Shown: positions 1 through 8,654 of the stretch, one piece after another
How the letters are laid out: each line of letters starts with the position of its first letter
Numbering within the stretch: position 1 is the first letter of the stretch
Program-made: the position numbers and the translations under genes
Source of the DNA: an uncultured Alphaproteobacteria bacterium
Lineage (GTDB): Bacteria; Pseudomonadota; Alphaproteobacteria; HIMB59; GCA-002718135
Length of the DNA stretch: 64,000 bases
Direction: 5' to 3'
Assembly: GCA_902561355.1 (NCBI GenBank)
Contig: CACEPG010000004.1
Coordinates: 13,133-77,132, forward strand
Notes under the pieces: generated by a model
The model's database searches: none
The model's input: the letters and a program-made list of their open reading frames with translations, nothing else
What the model was told of the DNA's origin: nothing

Positions 1-630
1 CCACCAATCATTATTCTTTTCAAATACAGTTCTAACATCTTGTTCCCTAAAAGTAATTTTGAAAGGTCCAGTGCCGTTAGCATTTGATGCACAATAAGAA
101 GTTTCTCCAGCATCCCAATTATAAGAAGTTTCACAACCGTTTTCTTTTGACCAAGCTTCATTCATTACGAAAATTTGAGTAAGTTGGTTTAAAAGAATAG
201 GGTTAGGACCCTCAGTTTTTATTTCAAGAGTATGATCACTAGTAGCAGTTGCTGATTTTATACTTTTAATCAAATCAACCATATCAGATGGAGCAGTTTT
301 AGCTCTATTAATACTAAATGCGATATCGCTAGCTGTTAAAGATGATCCATCATGAAACTTAACACCCTTACGAATGTTAAAGACCCATGTATCTGCACTA
401 GTTGCATCCCATGACTCAGCAAGTTGAGGAAGTATTTCCATGTTTATACCTGGAGTTACTAAACCTTCATATACTTGGCGAGAAACCATATGGGTAGGTC
501 CTTCATTTTGTGCATGAGGATCTAATGTTAATGAGTCACCAGGCATTGACCACTTAATATTAGCAGCAAAAGTAGGTGAAACAAATCCAATGATCAAAAA
601 TGCCAAAATAGTTTTTATTACATTTTTCAT
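1..630 (-). CDS. ABC transporter periplasmic substrate-binding protein, family 5 (peptide/nickel/opine type); 5' part only, gene runs off the left edge
   Basis: Not in the supplied ORF track because it is open at the window edge. Reverse-strand reading from the ATG (complement of 628-630) gives MKNVIKTILAFLIIGFVSPTFAANIKWSMPGDSLTLDPHAQNEGPTHMVSRQVYEGLV..., a signal peptide followed by the LDPH..NE....VYEGLV opening typical of SBP_bac_5 proteins. GGAGG (complement of 641-645) lies 10 nt upstream. Confidence 0.75.
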   Translation of the reverse strand, partial: MKNVIKTILAFLIIGFVSPTFAANIKWSMPGDSLTLDPHAQNEGPTHMVSRQVYEGLVTPGINMEILPQLAESWDATSADTWVFNIRKGVKFHDGSSLTASDIAFSINRAKTAPSDMVDLIKSIKSATATSDHTLEIKTEGPNPILLNQLTQIFVMNEAWSKENGCETSYNWDAGETSYCASNANGTGPFKITFREQDVRTVFEKNNDWW

Positions 631-725
631 ATATTTATTTCCTCCATAGAAATTCAATAAGTTATCAATACAACCAAGAAATTATAATTCAATATTAATG
701 TTTATCTATTAAAAGAATTTTTGAC

Positions 726-1145
726 CTAAAATGGTTTAAATACTACTAAAATAATAATAAATGCAAGAATAACTGCTGGAACTTCATTAGTTATTCTAAA
801 AAACTTAGGGGAATATATGTTTTGATCTGTTTTAAATTTTTGCAAGCATACTTGGCAAAAAAAATGGTAACCGGTTAATATAAATACAAATAAAATTTTT
901 AATATCAGCCAAATATCCAAGCCTAAGTAATGAATCATTGCTAACCCAGTTAACCAGGTCAAAACAAAAGCAGGCGTCATTATAAATTTAAATAATCTTC
1001 TTTCCATTATTTTAAATGTTTCAGATGTTTCTTTAGTAATTTTTTTATCTGCATGATAAACAAAAAATCTTGGAAGATATAATAAACCAGCCATCCAAGA
1101 TATTACACTAAAGATATGAATAGTTTTTAATATATTAAATAACAA
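726..1145 (-). CDS. hemJ: Protoporphyrinogen IX oxidase, HemJ type (UPF0093/CopD-like membrane protein)
   Basis: 139 aa, about 4 TM helices. The N-terminus HIFSVISWMAGLLYLPRFFVYH matches the HemJ signature. TTG start. Last gene of a contiguous hem string. Confidence 0.8.
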   Translation of the reverse strand: MLFNILKTIHIFSVISWMAGLLYLPRFFVYHADKKITKETSETFKIMERRLFKFIMTPAFVLTWLTGLAMIHYLGLDIWLILKILFVFILTGYHFFCQVCLQKFKTDQNIYSPKFFRITNEVPAVILAFIIILVVFKPF

Positions 1146-1148
1146 CTA

Positions 1149-1970
1149 TTACTCCCATTTTGCTAGTGGAGGCATCGACATTAAAATTGCATCAATATTT
1201 CCACCTGTTTCAAGACCAAATTTTGTTCCTCTGTCATGTAGCAAATTAAATTCTACATACCGACTTCTTTTTTTTAATTGAATTTCTTTTTCTTCTTTAG
1301 TCCATTCTAGATCTTTTAATTTTAATAAAGTTTTTTTGACAAAGTTTTTAAAATAAACTCCAACTTCTTTAACAAATTCAAAATCTTCAACCCAATTGTT
1401 GGTATTTAGATTATCAAAAAAAATTCCTCCAATTCCTCTAGGTTCCTTTCGGTAATGAAGAAAAAAATATTCGTTACACCATTTACTAAATTTATCATAA
1501 TATGTAGAGTCATAATGATCACACAATGATTTTAAACCCTGATGATATGTTGTATTGTCTTCAAACTCTAAAGCTGGCGTAAGATCCATACCACCCCCAA
1601 ACCATTCATTAGAAGTTTTTAAAAATCTTGTATTAAAATGCATTGAAGGTATTTTTGGAGATAAAGGATGTAAAACAACACTTATGCCAGTTGCTAAATA
1701 GTTTGGGTTTTCATTTGAAGTGCCGGGAATTTTACCTATCATTTCATTTTTAAATTTACCTGAAACAGAAGATATATTAACTCCACCTTTTTCAATTACA
1801 GAACCTCTAATTTTACTTATAATACCACCACCTCCTCCTTGGTGATTCCATTCTGTCATTTCAAAAGAATTACCATCAATTTTTGAAATTTCTTCAACTA
1901 ATTCATTTCGAAGATTCTTAAAAGACTGCTCAGCAATATTAAAATTTTCATTAACTTTCATTTTTTCCAA
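1149..1970 (-). CDS. hemF: Oxygen-dependent coproporphyrinogen III oxidase
   Basis: 273 aa with the WNHQGGGGGIIS, GVNISSV and PRGIGGIFFD motifs characteristic of HemF. Overlaps hemH by 13 nt. Confidence 0.9.
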   Translation of the reverse strand: MEKMKVNENFNIAEQSFKNLRNELVEEISKIDGNSFEMTEWNHQGGGGGIISKIRGSVIEKGGVNISSVSGKFKNEMIGKIPGTSNENPNYLATGISVVLHPLSPKIPSMHFNTRFLKTSNEWFGGGMDLTPALEFEDNTTYHQGLKSLCDHYDSTYYDKFSKWCNEYFFLHYRKEPRGIGGIFFDNLNTNNWVEDFEFVKEVGVYFKNFVKKTLLKLKDLEWTKEEKEIQLKKRSRYVEFNLLHDRGTKFGLETGGNIDAILMSMPPLAKWE

Positions 1971-2983
1971 CCTTGAGTATGTTTAGTAATTAATTCACTA
2001 ATAAAATCTATATGCTCCTGACTATCATTTAGACAAGGTATATAATTATAAGAAGCGCCTCCTGCTTTAAGAAAATATTCTTTGTTTTCTTCTTCCAATT
2101 CTTCTAAAGTTTCCAGACAATCTGCACTAAAACCAGGAGAAATAATATGAATATCTTTAATATTTTGTTTAGGTAATTCTTTTAAAGTTTCACTTGTGTA
2201 AGGTTGCAACCATTCTTCTCTACCAAATCGACTTTGAAAAGTTGTCATAACATCTTCATCATTTAACTGCATATATTCTTTTACTAAACGCGTTGTTTTT
2301 AAACAAAAGCAATGATACGGATCGCCATTAATTAGATATCTTTTTGGTATTCCGTGATAGCTAAATATTATTTTTTCAGGTTTTTTGTTTTTTATCCAAA
2401 ACTTCTGAATGGAATTAGATAAAACTTTTATATAAGAGTTTTCTTCAAAATATTGATTAATAAATCTAACTTCTGGTATCCAACGCCATTTCTGCAGAAC
2501 ATTTGTTACAGCATCAAAAGTACTTCCTGTAGTCGCAGCACAGTATTGAGGATATAGTGGGAGAATTAGTAATCTTCTAACATGTTGAGACTGTAATTTT
2601 TTTAAAGCATTTTCAATTGAAGGGTTTCCATATCGCATACCTAATGCGATAACCATATTTGGATCAGACTTAGATAGCTTGTTTTTTATTGCGTTTAATT
2701 GACGAATAGAAATATCTAAAAGAGGAGATCCATTTTCTGTCCAAATTTTTTTATATGCCGCAGCTGATTTACTTGGTCTTATTTGTAAAATAACAAGTTG
2801 TAATATTAATTGCCAAATAAATTTAGGTATTTCAATTACTCTAGGGTCTGATAAAAATTGATTAAGATATTTTTTTAACTCTTTTCTTTTAGGTGCATCT
2901 GGCGTTCCTAGATTAGTAATTAATACACCTGTTTTATCGTCACTACCGTGTTCATAATTTTTTTCACCAAAATATTTAACCAT
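1958..2983 (-). CDS. hemH: Ferrochelatase
   Basis: 341 aa with the motifs GVLITNLGTPDAP, LSDPRVIEIP, LPLYPQYCAATTGS and FSYHGIP. Confidence 0.92.
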   Translation of the reverse strand: MVKYFGEKNYEHGSDDKTGVLITNLGTPDAPKRKELKKYLNQFLSDPRVIEIPKFIWQLILQLVILQIRPSKSAAAYKKIWTENGSPLLDISIRQLNAIKNKLSKSDPNMVIALGMRYGNPSIENALKKLQSQHVRRLLILPLYPQYCAATTGSTFDAVTNVLQKWRWIPEVRFINQYFEENSYIKVLSNSIQKFWIKNKKPEKIIFSYHGIPKRYLINGDPYHCFCLKTTRLVKEYMQLNDEDVMTTFQSRFGREEWLQPYTSETLKELPKQNIKDIHIISPGFSADCLETLEELEEENKEYFLKAGGASYNYIPCLNDSQEHIDFISELITKHTQGWKK

Positions 2984-2988
2984 TTTTA

Positions 2989-3987
2989 TTAACCAAATTC
3001 TTTTCTTATATTTTCAACAAATAAGTGTACATTTTTTTCTGGTGTATGCTTGTTTACTCCGTGACCTAATCCACAAACCCATCCGTTAATATTTTCAATT
3101 GATTTTATTGTGTGAATAAATGATTTTAATTCTAATAAAAAATCTGACTCATTAAGAAGCATTAAATTTTCATCAAAATTACCTTGTACAAAACCCATAT
3201 TAGATTTTAAAAAAACATCACTTAATAAAATATTGTGATCATATCCTATTCCAGCTAATGGCAAATTCATAACAGGTATTAATTCTTTAATTTCTTTACC
3301 CCTGGAATAGTAGCCAACTTTGTTGGGAAATTCATTCGTTAAATCTTTAAGTAAAGCAAAATATTGATTATTAAATGTAAGTGAATCTAGATCATACAAA
3401 CTACTATCAAAAATCATTACTATTTCAGCGCCCGATTGTAATTGCAGCCCTATGTTCATTTTAAGTAAAGGTGAAATTACATTTTTCATATACTCCATAT
3501 GAAAATCTTCGTATTTAAGTTTTTCTTTAGTTTTTCCTGTAGCAAATCGAAGCAAAGTCCATGGTCCGCCTACAAAACCTATTAAACTTTTATCTTGAGG
3601 CAGCATGTCTCGAGTCAATTTCAGAGCATCAGCTTGAAAACCAATATGATTAAACGCGTATTCTAAATTAGAAAAGTTTTTATAATTTTCTTTATTTACA
3701 TATTGTGAAAAAATTGGTCCTGGATTAAATTTAAGACCAAGACCCAAACCTTCCAATAAAAAAAGTATATCACTGAATAAAATAGCCACATCAAAATCAA
3801 ATTCTTTTATAGGTCCACAAGCCACTTCCGCTGCAAGTTCTGGAGTTTTGCATAATTGCTCAAAAGTATACTTTTCTTTCAATTTTTGATAATGCGAATG
3901 GTATCTACCTGCTTGACGCATAAACCAGATCGGAGGAATAGATTGGTTAACTCTTTTTAAAGCGTTTTCAAAATTTTTGTTACTCAC
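2989..3987 (-). CDS. hemE: Uroporphyrinogen decarboxylase
   Basis: 332 aa with the URO-D signature PPIWFMRQAGRY and AILFSDIL. Overlaps hemB by 8 nt. Confidence 0.92.
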   Translation of the reverse strand: MSNKNFENALKRVNQSIPPIWFMRQAGRYHSHYQKLKEKYTFEQLCKTPELAAEVACGPIKEFDFDVAILFSDILFLLEGLGLGLKFNPGPIFSQYVNKENYKNFSNLEYAFNHIGFQADALKLTRDMLPQDKSLIGFVGGPWTLLRFATGKTKEKLKYEDFHMEYMKNVISPLLKMNIGLQLQSGAEIVMIFDSSLYDLDSLTFNNQYFALLKDLTNEFPNKVGYYSRGKEIKELIPVMNLPLAGIGYDHNILLSDVFLKSNMGFVQGNFDENLMLLNESDFLLELKSFIHTIKSIENINGWVCGLGHGVNKHTPEKNVHLFVENIRKEFG

Positions 3988-4942
3988 TTATTCCTAATTC
4001 TTTCGATTTTCTTGCTCCATAACTAATGATAAATTGTGCTCCAGCTCTTTTCATTACATGCCAACTTTCTAATAAAGCATTATTAAAATTTAAAAGCTCT
4101 TTTTCGGCTGCTAAAGCAATACCAGCATATTCACCACTAACTTGATAAGCGCCTACCATTAATCCAGTTTTAATTTTAATTTCTTGAATAAGATCTATTG
4201 AACCTTGTCCTGGTTTTACCATTAACAAGTCTGCACCTTCTTCAAAACATCTTACAGATGCTCTTATTGCTTCAGATTTATTTCTATAATCTAGTTGATA
4301 TTGCTTTCTATCTCCAAATGAAGGCGCAGAATCTGCTGCATATCGAAATGGTCCATAAAAATTACTAGCAAATTTACTACTATAACTCATAATAGGAACT
4401 AAATTATATTTATTATCATCTAAAATTTTTCTTATAGAAACTGTTCTCCCATCCATCATATCGCTTGGGGCCAATCCATCGACTCCTGCTTCAGCATAAT
4501 TTAATGCAATTTTTGATAGAATAGAAAGACTACTACTTAAATCAATATTTTTGTTGTTATCAAATAAGCAGCAATGACCATGCGTAGTCATTGAACAAAG
4601 ACATACGTCTGCCCATAATAACATGTCATTTTTAAATGTATTTTTAATTGTTGAAATGACATTTTGCTGAAAATTAAAGTTAAAGTCGCTATCCTTTTTA
4701 TCTTTAGGAATCATAAATAATAAAAAATTTTTTTGATTATTTTTTAAATCTAATTCTATTTGCTGAATAGATTCTTTTAAGTTCATAACAAAATTATTTG
4801 GAATACCAGGAATCTCTTTTTTACTTTCTAAATTTTCACTTACAAAAATTGGTTGAATAAGTTGATCATTTAAAAATGTAGTCTCTACGCACATATTGCG
4901 TAAAATTTTATTTTTCTTTAATCTCATCAACATATCACTCAT
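3980..4942 (-). CDS. hemB: Porphobilinogen synthase (delta-aminolevulinate dehydratase)
   Basis: 320 aa. Cys-rich metal site DVCLCSMTTHGHCC, plus DLLMVKPG and YQVSGEYA active-site contexts. Confidence 0.92.
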   Translation of the reverse strand: MSDMLMRLKKNKILRNMCVETTFLNDQLIQPIFVSENLESKKEIPGIPNNFVMNLKESIQQIELDLKNNQKNFLLFMIPKDKKDSDFNFNFQQNVISTIKNTFKNDMLLWADVCLCSMTTHGHCCLFDNNKNIDLSSSLSILSKIALNYAEAGVDGLAPSDMMDGRTVSIRKILDDNKYNLVPIMSYSSKFASNFYGPFRYAADSAPSFGDRKQYQLDYRNKSEAIRASVRCFEEGADLLMVKPGQGSIDLIQEIKIKTGLMVGAYQVSGEYAGIALAAEKELLNFNNALLESWHVMKRAGAQFIISYGARKSKELGISE

Positions 4943-6461
4943 TGATTAATCCGTTCTTCCAATCTTCATAAGATAAATATACATGTAATTTCGCTGGGTC
5001 TTTTATCATTTTTTTTATTTGTTTATAGGTATTACCTGGTCCACAAGCATGATATGCATCTAATATATTAGGATTTTTATTAATAGCTAAATAAAACGCA
5101 GAAAAACTCATCCAATAGAAATATTTTTTATCCTTAAAATCGTAAGAATTCCCTTTTTCTATTAATTTATATGTTTTAATTGTATTTTTAATTCTACTTT
5201 CGGGAGCTGCTTCGTGCGTTAATTTAACCCAAGGAAAAGAAGTTAAAGAAGATATATTTGGATCTAAATCTTCACCTAAACCTTCTGCGCTTCCATTAAC
5301 CCAATAACCTCTTTCAGCTAATTTTTGCCATGTTTTAAGCCCACTTGCCCAAAATATATTATTTTTTGAAATTATTTTTTTTTCAGGCAATGATGAACTT
5401 CTAGTTATCCAAATACAATGATTATTAATTGAAGATAATTTGTTTGAATTTTTTTCAACTTCTATTCTATCAAAAAAATTATATTCGTTTAGATTATTAG
5501 GAAATATAACATCATTATGTACTTTTTTATCTTCAATTTTATTATGTTTATAAATTTCCCATTCAGCAAAACTGTTACCATCCTCTGTTTCACCTTTTTC
5601 AGAATGAATTAGACCAGCACTAGTTGGGAAAAAACTAACTCCTATCTTTTGATGGCAGCCTCCACCATAATTTTTTAAAATATCTCTCTCTAGATTAACA
5701 CATTTTATATCTATTTGAGAAGTGATAGAAGCAATCTTGCTATTTAAATCATTATTTTCTTTTTTTGTTTCTATTCCCAAGGCTCCTTGACCAGGAGAAG
5801 TTGGATTTTCTGATAATGGAGTGATCATCCATAAACATTTTTCAATATTTTTTTTAATTTCAAAAGATAAATTCCTATACTCTTCAAATGAATTATTAAT
5901 TAATCGGTCAATAGCTGCTTTTGCTATTACAATTGCATCAAAATCATTATCTAAAAATTTATTAATACGAGTAGGAATATTCCCTCTTATATTTTGAAAA
6001 TTAATATTATCTAATTTAAAAGGAAGATATTTTGGTAAAAAATATTGTAAATTGTAAATTCTTCTAGGAGAAGAACTTAAAACATTTAATGTTTTAGAAT
6101 TTTTTATTTGTTCTAATTTTTTTTTATTAAAAAAAATTATATCTCTTTGATCAGCTCTTTTTAAAGTACCTGATATATAAGATTCTTTTCCCAAATCAAT
6201 AGGGAGATCTTTCCATGAATGTACAATTAAATCACACTGATCATTTAAAAGATCTTTACGTAAATCATCAGTAAAAACTCCTGGTTCGGACATTTCGGAT
6301 AAAGGTGTTGTAAGATCTTTATCACCCGAAGTAGATTTTGTAATATACTCTATAGATAGTTCAGGATATTTTTCTTTTAAGAGCAATCCTACTTCCTTAG
6401 CTTGAATATTTGCTAAATCACTTTTTCTAGACAAAATTCTTATTGTATTTAATAACTTCAT
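4935..6461 (-). CDS. hemC: Hydroxymethylbilane synthase (porphobilinogen deaminase) fused to a divergent uroporphyrinogen-III synthase-like C-terminal domain
   Basis: The N-terminal ~300 aa read IRILSRKSDLANIQA..., SWKDLP, and the dipyrromethane-cysteine context NYGGGCHQKIGV. An extra ~210 aa follows, with HemD-like segments (CIWITRSS, FWASGLKTWQKLAERG, YHACGPGNTYKQI). The ORF track extends to a TTG at 6497; I prefer the ATG at 6461 (MKLLNTIRILSRKS), but the start is uncertain. Confidence 0.8.
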   Translation of the reverse strand: MKLLNTIRILSRKSDLANIQAKEVGLLLKEKYPELSIEYITKSTSGDKDLTTPLSEMSEPGVFTDDLRKDLLNDQCDLIVHSWKDLPIDLGKESYISGTLKRADQRDIIFFNKKKLEQIKNSKTLNVLSSSPRRIYNLQYFLPKYLPFKLDNINFQNIRGNIPTRINKFLDNDFDAIVIAKAAIDRLINNSFEEYRNLSFEIKKNIEKCLWMITPLSENPTSPGQGALGIETKKENNDLNSKIASITSQIDIKCVNLERDILKNYGGGCHQKIGVSFFPTSAGLIHSEKGETEDGNSFAEWEIYKHNKIEDKKVHNDVIFPNNLNEYNFFDRIEVEKNSNKLSSINNHCIWITRSSSLPEKKIISKNNIFWASGLKTWQKLAERGYWVNGSAEGLGEDLDPNISSLTSFPWVKLTHEAAPESRIKNTIKTYKLIEKGNSYDFKDKKYFYWMSFSAFYLAINKNPNILDAYHACGPGNTYKQIKKMIKDPAKLHVYLSYEDWKNGLINE

Positions 6462-6557
6462 TTCAGAAATAGATATAACAGTGCGACTAAAAAGCAAATA
6501 AATTAAAAAATCTATTAAATGACTTTTTAATTAAAATAACTATATATTTGTCAATAT

Positions 6558-7133
6558 ATGAAATACATTAAAAAAATTGATAAATTTAAGCTCAATATTG
6601 ATAAGATTAAAGCAGAGTTTTTAACAATATTTTATCAAATGAAAAGCTGGTCAAAAGATGATCCAGATTTGTATGATTTTAATGCAATATGTGTTAATCA
6701 AAAACCTAACGATCCATCATCTATCGCAGGTGGAAATATTAGAGGTAAATATTGGACTTATCCAACTTCTGAATGGAAAGAAGAAGAAAGATTAGTAACA
6801 ATTGATGAAAGTGAATACTCTGAAGTATGTGAACCATTTAAAAATACGTATATTGAAGAGGTATATGATCTAGTTAAATCTGAATGGAAAATAGGAAGAA
6901 TGAGATTTCTAATGAAGCCTCCAAGATCTTGTTTGAGTTGGCATAGAGATCCAGAAAAAAGACTGCACATACCAATAATTACAAATCCTGGTTGTAGAAT
7001 GGTTATAGAAGATGAGAGTTATCATATGCCCGCTGACGGATCAATTTATATAACTGATAATACAAAATATCATAATTTTTTTAATGGTGGAGAAATAGAT
7101 AGACTTCACTTGGTATCAACATTATTAAAATAA
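6558..7133 (+). CDS. Aspartyl/asparaginyl beta-hydroxylase-like (cupin-fold 2OG/Fe(II) oxygenase family) protein
   Basis: 191 aa. The C-terminal half LSWHRDPEKRLHIPIITNPGCRMVIED....GSIYITDNTKYHNFFNGGEIDRLHLV fits the Asp/Asn beta-hydroxylase domain pattern (H-x-D ... H). Confidence 0.6.
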   Translation: MKYIKKIDKFKLNIDKIKAEFLTIFYQMKSWSKDDPDLYDFNAICVNQKPNDPSSIAGGNIRGKYWTYPTSEWKEEERLVTIDESEYSEVCEPFKNTYIEEVYDLVKSEWKIGRMRFLMKPPRSCLSWHRDPEKRLHIPIITNPGCRMVIEDESYHMPADGSIYITDNTKYHNFFNGGEIDRLHLVSTLLK

Positions 7134-7134
7134 T

Positions 7135-8037
7135 TTAAGGAAGTATTGGTTCTCTTTTTCTCCTACTTCCATAACCATGAAAGATTACTGCAAAAGTTAT
7201 AACTACCCCGCCTATAATTACCGTAAGTGATGGTGTTTCATTAATTCCAAATATTGGAAGCCAAACCCAAAGCACTCCACCTACTACTTCCATTAATGAT
7301 AACAAAGCTAACTCTGCTGCAGGTAAATACTTTGCACCTAAACTATATAATATTAAACCTGAAGCTACAAATAAACCATGCAATAAACTCAGATATGAAT
7401 TTTTTACAGGCATAGTGTTAAAAGGCTCAAAAGAAAAACCTAAAAAAATAAATGAAAAAAAAGTACAAAATAAACCTGCAAGAACAACTGTGGTAAATTT
7501 TGGAGTTTCTGGTTTCCAACGAATAGTTACAGTATATAGAGCAAAGCCAGTTGCCGATACAAATCCTAGAAGTGCACCTAACACAGTACCTGTAATAGAG
7601 TCATTTATAATCATTATACAGACTCCTATAAAAGCAATAACCATAGAAATTAATGTTGAACGTCTAAGTATTTCATTAAGAAAAAAATAACCAAATATTG
7701 CTGCAATAAAAGGCATAGCAGCCAACATAAAAAGTGTCACCGCTGCGGAGGTTATAGTTATAGAATAAATGAATCCTGTAAAAGCTATGGCCAGAAAAAT
7801 CCCCCCCATAACTCCAGAAATTCCAATTTTTAAAAAATTCTTATAAAAATTTAATCCTTCAGTAATAAATAAATAAATTAAAAGAATTAATGCAATTGAA
7901 ATACCTCTATAAAATAAATATTGGAAAACATAAGAATTAGCTTCGTCCATATGACGCACAACAACCGCGCCAAAACTCCAAGACAAGCCAGCTAAAAAAA
8001 CTACAATAAAAGCATAAAAATACGAATTCTTAGTCAT
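7135..8037 (-). CDS. EamA/DMT-superfamily transporter
   Basis: 300 aa, about 10 TM helices with a duplicated EamA-like architecture. Confidence 0.75.
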   Translation of the reverse strand: MTKNSYFYAFIVVFLAGLSWSFGAVVVRHMDEANSYVFQYLFYRGISIALILLIYLFITEGLNFYKNFLKIGISGVMGGIFLAIAFTGFIYSITITSAAVTLFMLAAMPFIAAIFGYFFLNEILRRSTLISMVIAFIGVCIMIINDSITGTVLGALLGFVSATGFALYTVTIRWKPETPKFTTVVLAGLFCTFFSFIFLGFSFEPFNTMPVKNSYLSLLHGLFVASGLILYSLGAKYLPAAELALLSLMEVVGGVLWVWLPIFGINETPSLTVIIGGVVITFAVIFHGYGSRRKREPILP

Positions 8038-8109
8038 TACTAAACAATATGTGTATTAAAAAAATTGAAATGTAAATTATAATATCAAATTAAATTAAAT
8101 AATTATAGA

Positions 8110-8613
8110 TTAATTACAAGTACCTATTGAACCTAAGGAACATTTAGTACCATCTACCCAAATAGCATTAGATAAATTAGCTTCTTCAAATGTAGTACCT
8201 GCAATATTTGCTCCCAAAAGATTTGCTTCATATAAATTTGCACCCTTAAATGAAGAAGTAAATAAATTTGCACCTTCAAAATTAACTTTTGCTAAATTAG
8301 CATTTTCAAAATTAGCATTATTACAATTAGCACCCTGTAAATTAGCTGCATATAAATTAGAATTACTAAAATTAGAAAATATAAAATTGCCAACAGAAAG
8401 ATTAGCGTTATTAAGTTGAGATTTTTCAAGATTTGCTAAAGATAAATTGACTCCAGACATTTGAGCATTTGCCAGTCCAACTCCTTTTAAATCTAAATTT
8501 TCAACAAAATTACAATTTGTCCAATCCACTTCATTAGCTGGTTGATCATCACATCCTGAATAGGCTTTACTAGAGAACATTAAACTTAAGAATAAAAGGA
8601 TAATAAATTTCAT
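8110..8613 (-). CDS. Secreted pentapeptide-repeat protein
   Basis: 167 aa. Signal peptide MKFIILLFLSLMFSSKAYS, then tandem A(N/D)LxG-type pentapeptides (ANLQGANCNNANFENANLAKVNFEGANLF...). Confidence 0.85.
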   Translation of the reverse strand: MKFIILLFLSLMFSSKAYSGCDDQPANEVDWTNCNFVENLDLKGVGLANAQMSGVNLSLANLEKSQLNNANLSVGNFIFSNFSNSNLYAANLQGANCNNANFENANLAKVNFEGANLFTSSFKGANLYEANLLGANIAGTTFEEANLSNAIWVDGTKCSLGSIGTCN

Positions 8614-8654
8614 ACAAAGATAATTAAGTAAAATTTATGTTCAATTTAAGGCAA

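Noticed and set aside
6462-6497. TTG-initiated 12-codon extension of hemC (MLFSRTVISISE...).
   Set aside because: HemC proteins normally begin a few residues before the IRIgTRxS motif, and the ATG at 6461 fits that. The extension remains possible, so the start is flagged as uncertain.
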